A DNA stretch of 64,000 bases, from positions 17,176,001 through 17,240,000 of the forward strand of contig CM052818.1 in the NCBI GenBank assembly GCA_028534125.1, written 5' to 3'. This stretch comes from Lama glama. Lineage: Eukaryota. Of the stretch, positions 36,501 through 47,396 are shown piece by piece (position 1 is the first letter of the stretch; every line of letters begins with the position of its first letter). A model generated the notes under the pieces. That model saw only the letters and a program-made list of their open reading frames with translations. It did not search any database and was not told the DNA's origin. The position numbers and the translations under genes were made by a program.

Positions 36501-38254
36501 CTCTGTAATGAAAATGAGAATGGAGACCCTACTTACTTATAAAGCCAAACTCATCCACCTCGGTGTGTTCGAGGCTTGTATCCTGCACTGCTTAAATCAA
36601 TATTTTCTGCTCTTTAACAACACAAGGGGAAGACAACTACTTCTCTTTAATAAGCTTTAAAAAGCTGTTCAGGCAAATAAGTGTGCTGATTGGGAAAAAA
36701 TATGATGTAGCAGGAAGTGGGAAAGGAAGTAAGTACATTTTAGAAATAACTTTCTCACCATGTGTTGCTTCACCATTCTCCCTTCTTCCCTGATTCTCTT
36801 CTGCTGTGACCTCAGTCCATCAGTTGGCTGACAGGTTATTAAGTGCCCACTGTGCTTAGCCCAGTTTTAGGCGCTGTAGGGGAATCTAAAACAAATAAAG
36901 ATACAATCTCTATCCTCCAGGATGTTATGAGCAGAAAGAGGAAGATGGGTTATTGAATATACATCGTCCCATACATAACTTTCAGTACTAAGTTCTATGT
37001 CTGAAAAGTCTGAAGCACTGCCACGAATCCTTCATTCAACTCCCCACTGTTCTCTAATGCTGCATTCATTATGCCCAGAGGAGAGCTGAGATTTCCTAAC
37101 AAATGTCATTCAACCAGTGAAAGTAGGGAGCATTTCCTTGCATTGATACTTGACATGTAACAGCCTAAATGTCAGCCCACGATCTCAGGTGTGCAAGAAA
37201 GGTAGCTTTTTTCTCTTTTTCTGTGACTCTCCTTGATTTCTGCTTTGAGCTCTGGTTCTTTGAATCAGTGAAAACATCGTCTCAGGCAATCTTAGTTCCC
37301 TTATTTCCCTGGGATTCTTTAGGGATGGTGGGGGCTTCCATGGCACCAGTTTTTGTAGCAAGAGATGGCACAGGAACAGGTGCCACTGAGTTGCTGCCCA
37401 GCGTCGCCATTCGTGTGTGCGTGACCTCCTCAGGTCAGCCTTTTCCTGCTTGTTTCTGTGCCACTCTGGGAACTGTTCTGTTTATCCCACACCACAATGG
37501 GATATGGGAAGGCTGACTAAACTCCTAGCATGTGTAAATCTACCATGCGGCTGTTTCTTCCCAAGGACCTCACTGCTGCCTCTGGGTTCTCTGGAGGAAA
37601 TGCACACAGATCAGCTTGACTTCCCTCAACCTACCTGAGGCTTGACATCCTCAGATTAGAGCACTGTGTCCCTCTTCTTGGCAATGACTCTGTTCACACT
37701 TCTCCAGCTTTCTCGCCTGCTTGCCCACATGAGGGGCAGGAAAGCTTTTCTCTCCTCATGTAATTGCCTGGATAGTCTGTCCGTTTCACTCTGGGAGTCT
37801 TTGATTTTAAGGCCCAAAGGCATAAAGATAATTTTATATCTTTGGTTTCTGATGCACATCCCTTCTCTGAGGTGAGTAAAACACAATTGCTTGAAATTTA
37901 AGTGAGAGGAAAGACCAAGGAGAGAAAGGAAATATGGAGGGGAAAAATGAGATATTTCAAAAAAGATATCCCAATTCGGACCAAAAACATGCTCTCCTTT
38001 AATATTAAGAATGGTGGTTAATAGTCAATAGATGTTTTATTTCAGAGTTGGGAGAAGTAAACACATGCAAGTACCTTAGGTACAAAGTATGCAGGACCAG
38101 TGACATTCTAGGGAAATACTTAGAGCTTTAATTAGTAGGTCCGTGACCTGAGTTCTCAGTTTTTATGGCTGACTTTAAGCAAGCTCCAGGTATTCCTCCG
38201 CCCAATCCAGGAGTGTTATATCTGTGGCCTGATCTTACTCTATACTTTCCAGCT

Positions 38255-38460
38255 GGTAGGTTAGCTTATTACTGTTTCCTGGATGCTGGCAGAAGACACA
38301 AGATTTCTGGGTCAGAGACCAAGGATTTTATTACTCTTGACCCAACAAACAGCATGAGCATGAGCATCTCTGTCAGTTCTCCTTGCTCCCAAGTCCCGTG
38401 AAAACACTGCAGAGGGGCCCAGGTAAACATTAGGAATGTAAGAGTTCTGTGTTACGGTGG
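38255..38460. mobile_element. Probable ancient ERV-type LTR fragment, family uncertain
   Basis: ggatgctggcagaagacacaaga...gggtcagagaccaaggattttattact...cagcatgagc...ccaagtccc resembles an old LTR consensus; recognised from memory only. Confidence 0.4.
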
Positions 38461-39159
38461 GAGAAGGTACCACTTGGCATCAAAGGTAAATAAAATGGTT
38501 AATGTGAGAGAAAATGTAAATGGCAATGCAAAGTTGGAGAAACAAGTAGCTACATAGACTCTGTTACCAGGACTTGTGACCAGGAGCAGTGTATTATGGA
38601 ATTTGGGGGCCACCCTCCTTGTATTCTGCATTGATTATTATATTAGAGAGTTAATTAATTGTATTTAGTGAATGCTGTCCAGATATGATGAATAATCTTG
38701 GATGGAAAGGAAATGGAATCAAACTTGGATTGCAATCTTTCTCTCTTTTTTTTTTTTTAAGCGGTAGCCCATAAAGTTGGGAAATCTCAAACCTAGAACA
38801 TGAAGATGACAAAGCAGAGCACAGTGTTCCACTAGATACTGCAATAAAATTGGGGGTGGGGAGCCTAATTGATAACTTGTTAACAGATCCTAGAGAGCAT
38901 AAAGAGTTAAAAGTTGTATAACTCTACCTACAAAAGAGATACTTGAAAAGGGATGTAATATTCAAGTATAAACAAACTACTATGGGGGTGAGTTAGTGAA
39001 TAAGACAGGGACACGCAAGGATAATAGTCTTAAGAATAGTAGAAAAGGCAATTTTAGACATTTAGAATTTTAGATATTAGACATTTAGAATTTGTTGAGC
39101 TTCTAGTTAACAGAAAGGCCTAGACTTCTCTAAGCAGAAGATGGACTTGATAATAATAA

Positions 39160-39400
39160 CACCTCTTAACACCTGCTACATATTTTCATTCCGGTAGATA
39201 CTTTCTCTGTTTTATCTCATTTAATCCTCACAAACCCTATGGGATAGGCTTTATTGTTTCCATTTTAGAAATGAGATTACTAATGATCAGAGAAACTAAA
39301 AATAATGCTTGAAGCCATACAGTTGATACATAATTTGACTTGGATTTTAATTCAGGGGCCACTTCATGGCCTCTGTCCTTCCCTTTGGCTGTACTGTGTC
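39160..39400 (-). mobile_element. MIR SINE
   Basis: tatctcatttaatcctcacaaaccctatgggataggctttattgtttccattttagaaatgag. Confidence 0.72.
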
Positions 39401-39614
39401 GAGCTCACAGAGTTCTCTGTGGAAATAGCTTCTAGAAATGTCTTCTAGTGCCGATGTATTATTCAAACACTTCTATTGTTTTGCATTTGTAAGAAAATAT
39501 CTAATTATACATTTACATTTTAAAATTAATTTAATGAAAAATAAACCTCACTGTTTTTTTCTTTCATGTCAATGACAAGTGACTTTTGTGACCAAAAGTT
39601 TCCTCTTCCCACAG

Positions 39615-39788
39615 GTGACTTGTATATAGGAGGAGTGGCCAAAGAAACATACAAATCCTTGCCAAAACTTGTCCATGCCAAGGAGGGCTTTCAGGGCTGC
39701 CTGGCATCCGTGGATTTAAATGGGCGGCTTCCGGACCTCATCTCAGATGCTCTCTTCTGCAATGGGCAGATTGAGAGAGGATGTGAAG
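39615..39788 (+). CDS. NRXN1: NRXN1 alpha coding exon (commonly exon 16), 174 nt, C-terminal part of LNS5
   Basis: Encodes (S)[57 protein letters not shown](G). Acceptor tcctcttcccacag|GT; donor GAAG|gtacta. Phase 1/1. Confidence 0.97.
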
Positions 39789-42149
39789 GTACTAGATCTT
39801 TGTTATCACCGCTCTAAATAATTCTAATCCCACTTTCCAATGACAACAAATCTCTCTGGCCAGCAAAGTTTTCATTTCTGACAATTGGCCAAACCCCCAC
39901 TTAAGGCTTAAAAATCCTTACTCATATTTTCCATTTCTCATCCCATAAATCTTAAATTTTCTGGACTTTTGGCAAACTGACCTAATGCCTGATAGAAAGC
40001 AGGAGCTATGTCTGTGGACTTGGTTATTTTCCACTTCTTTGCATACTGTAGTTCACCTAATCAGCGTGTTAATCAGTTCTGCAAACTTGCTTTATAGCAT
40101 TAAATAGATACACTGTTTAGACTAGAAACACAGACTTACTCCAGCAAATGTTAACTTGAGCTAGTTTTTTCAAAATTGACATCCAATAGGATGTAATAAG
40201 AGAATAACGTTCAGAGACCCATTCTCAAATCACTATTTGGTTTGTGTCTACATGGCAGCAAGAGTGTCTCAGTTTGTTTTAGCAAAAATTGGTATCTTCT
40301 ATTACCCAAGGCTAATATTCCATACTTCAGAAATGCTTCTCGTATCTTCCTGCTTTTTTGTCTTCTCCATCAGACTGAGATCTGTAGGAGTACTTTTTGA
40401 TTGCTACTTTCATTTTAGATAATTTTCCCTTCAACACCTCAGATTATTTGAGCCAATTCTCCCTCCATAAATGTAATTTAATCACATTATCCTGAATTTT
40501 GTAGCTCTGAGCGTGTTGCTGCTTCTCCTTTAATGTTGAATACAGTTTGGGCCATTTTGAAAATTTTAGATTCATGAGGAAATTTCATAAGGGAGAAGCA
40601 AAGAAAGACGTGAATTCCTGGCCCCCAGGAGATGATGAATCATTTCTTCTCAGCCAAGACAATGCTATTAGATTTAGCAATTACCTAGGTACATGGAAAT
40701 GTGCAACATATTTTGCTCTGAAAAGTCAGGTGGAATTCAAGTTGTGTTTTAATCATGCCAGAGGATAAGGCTACTTAATGGAAAGCTGTTGAATTCATTT
40801 TTAATGTTTTTGCTGTGTTGTTTTCTTTATCTCAAAATTTGGTATAACACACTTCTGTAAAACAAAGAGAAACTGCGTGTTTTCTCCTTTTACCAGTTAG
40901 GCAAAGGAAACAAAATTAAGTGAATAAATTCTTCCTAGTGGATGGATACAAAAATGTGGGTCTTAACTTTGGTTCTTGGAGGTGAGCTACTAAGTGAGAA
41001 TTTATGCATTTATTTTTTTTTTTTAGAAATAAAATTACTACAAACCGTTCTGAAAACATTTTTCAAAATAAGCCTTTCTACAAGTTGCTCAGTGACATCT
41101 CACCTAAAAGAAATGGTAGGAACAGACAAACACATTCACAGCTAAACACTTACAAGACAGAAAACCAAACACACACACATGGCCTCCCGCCACTGGCATG
41201 TGATGTGAGTCGGTGAGTGGAAGGGAAAACTAATGAGAAATACACTGAGAACGTGTATTTACAGAAATAAATAATATTAGGTGTTATTTTCCAACATAAT
41301 TCAATAAGCATTTTGGTTAAGATGATTGCACATCTTCTTGTGTAATCTTAAACTGCTATTTGAACATTTCAAATCATTCACTAAGTTATGACATTGGTTC
41401 CTCCCTTACCTTATCTAGTTTCCTTTAATATCTGAGCTTTAAGAATTCTCACTTCTTTTACTTTATTCTTAGAATGTAACATTTTTCATTCCACTATCAA
41501 AATTAACAACTTCTTGTTTGCTTTCTTTCCTCATTTCATATTAATTTATGTAGAACTTGAAAAAATGAGATAACCCTATATTACCAGTCACTTTTTCACT
41601 TAACATGAGAAATTATCCTATCCATTGAAAACTTTAGAAAACATGAATTTCAAAGCTGCATATGATCCCTTGTCCTTAGAGGACCTGCTTTTATTAACAA
41701 CTTTTAATTTATGTTTAGATCATTATCCTCTGTGGTTCCTAGGAGTAATCTCAGAGGTCCCTGTCATAGGTATAGTTGATGAGATAACACGTATTTTTAG
41801 GATTAGTGATCAACTTCTAGATAAATTATTTCTCTAAAGAGTGTTGTCTCATGGGATTTTGAGTTCACATCACATTGGAATCACTTAACTTACATATTAA
41901 TAGAAACCATATAAATTTGACATCACTGAATAATACCTTGTCAAGATTTTCTGCCGTTTCTACCCAATAAGACCCTTAAGTCTCTAAGCCTCTTTCATGT
42001 AAAAAGTCATTGGTCTTCCCTCAATAACCATTTACTGCCTTTCATGTCTAACTTATGTCAGTGTGTAACAGCAGATTATTATTATTTTTCTTTAACACAA
42101 CACATGTTAGCTAGCAGAGGGTGTTTACCTTGTCCAGGTCCCTTTAGAT

Positions 42150-42336
42150 GAATGTTTCTCAACTTTTAGCCACAATCAGAATCACTTGGAGAATTCTTAA
42201 AACCCATGTTACTGGAGACCGCCCCCAAGGTTTCTGATTCAGTAGGTCTAGCAAGGGGGCCTAGAATTTACATTTCTCACAGGTTCCTAAATGATGCTAA
42301 TGCTTTTGGCCTGACACCAGATTTGGAAAATTACTG
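42150..42336. mobile_element. MER5A-like hAT DNA transposon
   Basis: gtttctcaactt...atcagaatcacttggaga...tttctgattcagtaggtcta...atttacatttctcacaggttcctaaatgatgctaatgc. Confidence 0.8.
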
Positions 42337-42529
42337 CATTGTCCTCCTTACATAAGAGAAAGTAGACACTGGTAATCCACCAATAATCAGGTTCAGTCAA
42401 GCTTAATACTGAGTTAAGAAAACTTTTGTACAAGTAGTTGGTGAAAACAATTTTAATTCAGAGACTCTGCGTGGACTCATAACGTTCAGTCCTAGAACTG
42501 CATTATAAGCTATAGAAATACTTAATTTT

Positions 42530-42760
42530 AAAGCCACCATTGATTGAGCACTGGTGACAATGTTCACATGTGATATTTCATTTAATTCTCAAAGCTCAAA
42601 TGAATTAGGTATGACTGGCTCTTTCAGATGAGTAAATCGAGCCTCAGCGGTGAAAGGTGACCTTCCTAAGGTCAGGCAGCAAGTGTGAGTGGATGACGGA
42701 AGGTCTGAACCCAAGTTTGCTTTACTTGAAATCCCAGGCATCCAAGCCCTTTCCTCTATT
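42530..42760 (-). mobile_element. MIR SINE
   Basis: cattgattgagcact...tttcatttaattctc...cagatgagtaaatcgagcctcag...gaccttcctaaggtca...tctgaacccaag. Confidence 0.7.
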
Positions 42761-44800
42761 GTTTCTTTGGTTTCCAGAGGTTGTAGTTTTTCTTTTGCTT
42801 TCATTTCCTTCCCCAAAATATCCTTATTTTTAACCACTTAATACAAATGTCCTTGTGGCTTGCTCCCAATTTTATTCAGTGATAAAATAACAAGAACATT
42901 ATATAACTAGAGGGAAAAATAAATTCAGGGCTTTGCCTTGTGCAAATGCCTGTCAATGTTTAAACATTGTTCTGGAAGGTGAGTACTTTGGAAAATGTGG
43001 CTTGTCAGGCACAGGCATGCATTCTCTTGTAATACCTGAATATATAAAGACTGTTGTGATAATGGAAAAAATAATAATAAAGCACGTCTTTGTGTTCACA
43101 GAAAGGCTTGGCAGGCACTCTGGGTGGCGGCTCTACAACGCGGGCAGATGATCTTTTTATAAGATTGCAGTTTCACTGTATTTAGAGTTTAGCATTATTT
43201 TGCAATTGCATTTCTGATCATTTTTGCCAAAACAAAAATAAAAACAGAAATGCGACTCTTTCTCAGTTCTTGCTCCTGCTCTTTCCTTCCGCTGGACCAG
43301 TAAGGGGAGCAGGATCCACTGATGGCACTGCGCCTGACCCAGGCTGGGCCACTGCCACTTCTGCTCTTAGGCTTATCAAGGAAGGAATGTGCCAAGGAAC
43401 ATTACATTCAGAGTTTGTTTTTTTTTTTCTTTTTTAACAAACATTAATTATTTTCAGTCTCTAATGCCATGGAATAAAGATTATTAGATACTTACCTATC
43501 ACAGACTGGAAGAACAATAGAAACTAAGCAATTTAGTGGTTCTTACTTTTTGATGCAGTAGAGGTGAGAAAAACTATTACATCTATTCAGGTCTCCCAGG
43601 CTTGGGAGATTATTATTATTATTCATAACAACGATTATTTTTATTATGATTACTGATTACTATTTTTGTTTTATATATATATATTTACTATTATTATATA
43701 ATTAGCATTTACAGTATTACGGTTTCTGAATTTGTGAAAATTTGCAGATTAGGCCACGCTCAACAACTTCTTATGAAGAATACCACGACCAAGAAATTTA
43801 TAATAAAAATATGATTGTAAAGAGGATGTTTAAAAATACATTTTTACAATGACATCAGTTTGTAGAAAATCTAATTACAGATCATTCTCATGTATTCACT
43901 AAAGCAGTTACCTCAAAGGCTCTCCGTGTTAATAGAATCTAATGAGTATGGTGCCTGTTTTTAAATATATTTAAAAACCTATAAAATTGTGTTTACTGGA
44001 AAATATCTTCAGTTTATATTCTGAAGATATTTGGGTAGACAGCGTTCCGTTCTCACCTAAGATAGCACTTACTGGTGAGGTTCTACTGTAATAAATATTC
44101 ACAGGGCAGTTTGTAAGAGTTGAAGACAATTATAAATGTAGAGAAAATAGAGACATAACTCTGAGATCTGAAAGCAGTGTACACCCTGTCTGGTAAAGGC
44201 AAAGTTAAACTCTCCCTGTCACAGTCTTGTAAAGGAATGTGCTTTATGGGGAATTGCAGTTTGTTTCTTCCATCTGTTACCTTTGCTTTCATCCACTCGA
44301 GATGATGAATACATTGTGATAGTTTGGTGTCACCTTAAGGTCCAACTGTCGGCAGAGGACGGCTGGCATTACAGTTTTAAGCCTTAAATGCAATAGCAAA
44401 ATAAAAGACCCAGAGGGAAAAAATAGAAAGGGATAATTGGTCTGCTAATGACCAGCGTCTGCTGTATCTGCACATGACAAGTGATGCTGCATGCTTCACC
44501 TAAGCAATGCAGTTGCTTTGGTAATGCATTCATATCTATCCAAGAGAGGAAAACAATACAAAAGCTCTTAGTTTTCCTTCATTACATGTCATCAGCTCAA
44601 TTAACCATCATATAAATACATATGTAGTGAAATTCTAATAAATGACTGCTTTCTCATTGTTGGCTTCTCTTAAAATTTATGGCTGTTAATTATTAATTTG
44701 TTTGCTCTACACAGCATTTCTCTCCCCGTTTACCCTGTTTACGGCAGCATGCTTTTTTGAATTGAACGTTCTTCTGTGTTTGCCCCATTTCAGTATTGCT

Positions 44801-44850
44801 TACTAACGTTTAATATATTTTGCTTTTTTTTTTTTATTTTGCTGACAAAG
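44801..44850 (+). promoter_or_regulatory. Branch point, polypyrimidine tract and UGC motifs of the SS6 microexon
   Basis: TACTAAC at 44801-44807; TGC at 44821-44823 and 44840-44842; no AG between the branch point and the acceptor at 44849-44850. Confidence 0.8.
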
Positions 44851-44877
44851 TTGCATTGATGAAAGCTGACTTGCAAG
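44851..44877 (+). CDS. NRXN1: NRXN1 alternatively spliced SS6 microexon, 27 nt, VALMKADLQ, between LNS5 and EGF-C
   Basis: TTGCATTGATGAAAGCTGACTTGCAAG flanked by aaag| and |gtagat. Read in phase 1 after the 39615-39788 exon it gives V-A-L-M-K-A-D-L-Q-(G), matching the SS6 insert as I recall it. Perfect TACTAAC branch point at 44801-44807 followed by a long U tract. Confidence 0.92.
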
Positions 44878-45802
44878 GTAGATAGCCCTGTGTGTAAAAA
44901 ACAAGACTGAAACCCCGTTAATACACAGTGGAAACCTCAAAATAACATTTTTTTTTACATTTTTGCAGTAATTATTATTCGGATGCAGATTTAATTTTTT
45001 TTGCTTTCTTGAACATTGTGCAAGAAGCCTCATTTTGTAGCATAGTTTGCATAAAGGCTTTCAGTCTTGAATATGTTTGTATAGTGATTACCTTTAGTGC
45101 TTTGATCATCCTTTTTTCAGTTCCTCGTTTTTCAGTGTTCTAGTTATGATTCTTTAGCAATAGACTAGCATTCTTTTGACTCGTATGTTAAATGGGGGCA
45201 TGTCATTTATACAGAGTTTTTAATTTTGTGTTTAATTGCATGACATTGTTAAAGCATGTGAATTGATACTTGCCAACATACCTATCCAAAACACCCAACA
45301 ATCATAACTTTATTCATAGTGTGTGCAGGAAAACTTCTGGAAACGAGTAGGACATTTTTGCATAACCCTCTTCAGTTATTTTACCAATCTTTATCTCAGT
45401 TTCATGAAGTTATAATCTCCATTTCTCATGGCGTCTCTACCCATTAGTCAGAAGTTAAGGAGATCCATGCATTTTCCTAAAATCCAAACAGTGATAGAGA
45501 ATTATTGATGATGGAATGAGATTACCTGCTACCATGATCACACTAGAAGCTATGTGCTTGCTTTTACTATTTGTTGGGTTAGTTTACTATTATAATGTAT
45601 TTTGTCCTTTATTTGAAAATTCAGAAAGCCTTCGTACTTACAGCTTCTCTGTTCCTAATTCAGGTGTGTGACCTAGAACTTTCCAAGCTAGTTTGGCCAT
45701 GTAAATTGAGGTGTTGGCAACTACTATATGTGACCTAGCTCGTGTGTAAAACACTTCTGGATTTTTTTAAGGAACCCAAGTTTCTTTTGGATTGCTTTGC
45801 AG

Positions 45803-45922
45803 GGCCCAGCACAACCTGCCAAGAGGACTCGTGTTCAAACCAAGGAGTGTGCTTGCAGCAGTGGGATGGCTTCAGCTGCGACTGCAGCATGACTTCCTTC
45901 AGTGGGCCGCTCTGCAATGACC
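45803..45922 (+). CDS. NRXN1: NRXN1 alpha coding exon (commonly exon 17), 120 nt, third EGF-like domain (EGF-C)
   Basis: Encodes [40 protein letters not shown](P) with the six-Cys EGF spacing. Acceptor ttgctttgcag|GG; donor GACC|gtaagt. Phase 1/1. Confidence 0.97.
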
Positions 45923-47352
45923 GTAAGTACCTCTCTGCGTGCGCACTGCTGTTCGTCGTTGCTTCCAGCTACTGTCTGATGCCCAGGGTCTGAAACTGGG
46001 AGTCTTTGTATCACCCGGGAATAAGTTAAACTGTTGTAACCAGGAGGAGCATTTGGTTCTATAAGAAGGACATTTTTGATTAACTAAAGTGTCAGCCAAG
46101 GATGCCCTTAGCCAAAAGCGGTGATGATGATGATTCTTCGGTTTTCAACTCTTCACTGTAATTTTTTAAATTGCTGGTCATCTTGTTGAAAATATCTTTT
46201 TTCGTTTCCTATGTATGACATTTCTCCCCTGGTTTTTGAAAGACCCTTCCTGTTGCTTTCTATTAAGTAATGTTTAATTACATAAGATTATCTTGAGGGC
46301 TGTGATTTTAGTGAGTGTTGGCAGATCTCATTATGTTTGTCTGTCTCTACATCTCTTCAAGCCCATTCTACCTTTTACGTTGAAAAATGGTGTGTTTGAA
46401 CTTTGTCCTTCGACTACTCTCCCGTGTATTTTAGCCACTTATGTTTATTGTTTTCACCTTTAGTCTCACAATATAAGCATGATGAAGAAACACAGCATTC
46501 ACATTATCTTATGGAGTGTCTGTGACTGCCTAATTTATGTGATAGTAGTGTGGATTTTGAGACCAAATTAACTAGTATGTAGGATGAAGTTCTGTTTCTC
46601 AATTTTCAAATAGATACTGCTTTACAACATTCCATCAAAATGATAAAAGTGTCTCCTACAAAGTATTGCATTCCAGTCTGTTGAGAAAATGTATGTGGCA
46701 AAGCCTTCTGGCTGTAAAGTAGAGTACATGCTTACATTGTAAATGCTACAACGTTTAAGAAAAAACTCTCAGATGATAGGATAGCAGATAAGATGACTGA
46801 AAATTTGGGCTTGCAGACAAAGGCTGGGCTTGGGTATGGGTTTAAAACAGACCAAATTTTGTTCATTTTGACCTTTGTCTATTTGAAACTCTATTCCTGT
46901 CAGTAGACATGTGTATCACAGTGTGGAAGAGAGGGTCAAACTGAAATATGTTATTGAACTGACTTGTTGCAGCCTAGCAATATAGTGCAATTCCCCAGCT
47001 ATCTTCAGGTCGCCTATCTAAAATATTGATTATAGGAAGAATAAGCAGCTAGTGCAAAGTTAAATAGTACTTGGAAGTGATGTGTAAAGATCACACCATC
47101 ACAGAAAGAGAAATATTTAGTATTTATCCTACCAGTGACATCTTCCACAGAATTACAACAAACTTGAAGCAATGAACATGTATTCAAGCCATCACACATT
47201 TGCAGGCACTGTATTTCTGCAAATCAGATCACACTTACAAATATTAAACCCCATTTGGAGTAATATAAATAATCTTACATAAAGACTCAATAAATACTTA
47301 CAGGTACATAAAGTAAAGCAAATAAAACAACCTATATATTCTTTTAATAAGG

Positions 47353-47359
47353 ATATGTG

Positions 47360-47396
<37 letters not shown>
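47353..47396. repeat. Compound (TA)n(TG)n microsatellite
   Basis: Alternating purine-pyrimidine run read directly. Confidence 0.93.

Noticed and set aside
37169..37516. 115-aa plus-strand ORF and a short minus-strand ATG frame (MATLGSNSVAPVPV...)
   Set aside because: No recognisable homology; the minus frame stops after about 42 codons; no poly(A) or TSD to suggest a retrocopy.
930..45922. Two separate divergently oriented neurexin paralogues, or trans-splicing between strands
   Set aside because: The exons are non-overlapping successive parts of one NRXN1 protein with no duplicated exon, and the switch coincides with a placeholder gap. Mis-orientation is far simpler.
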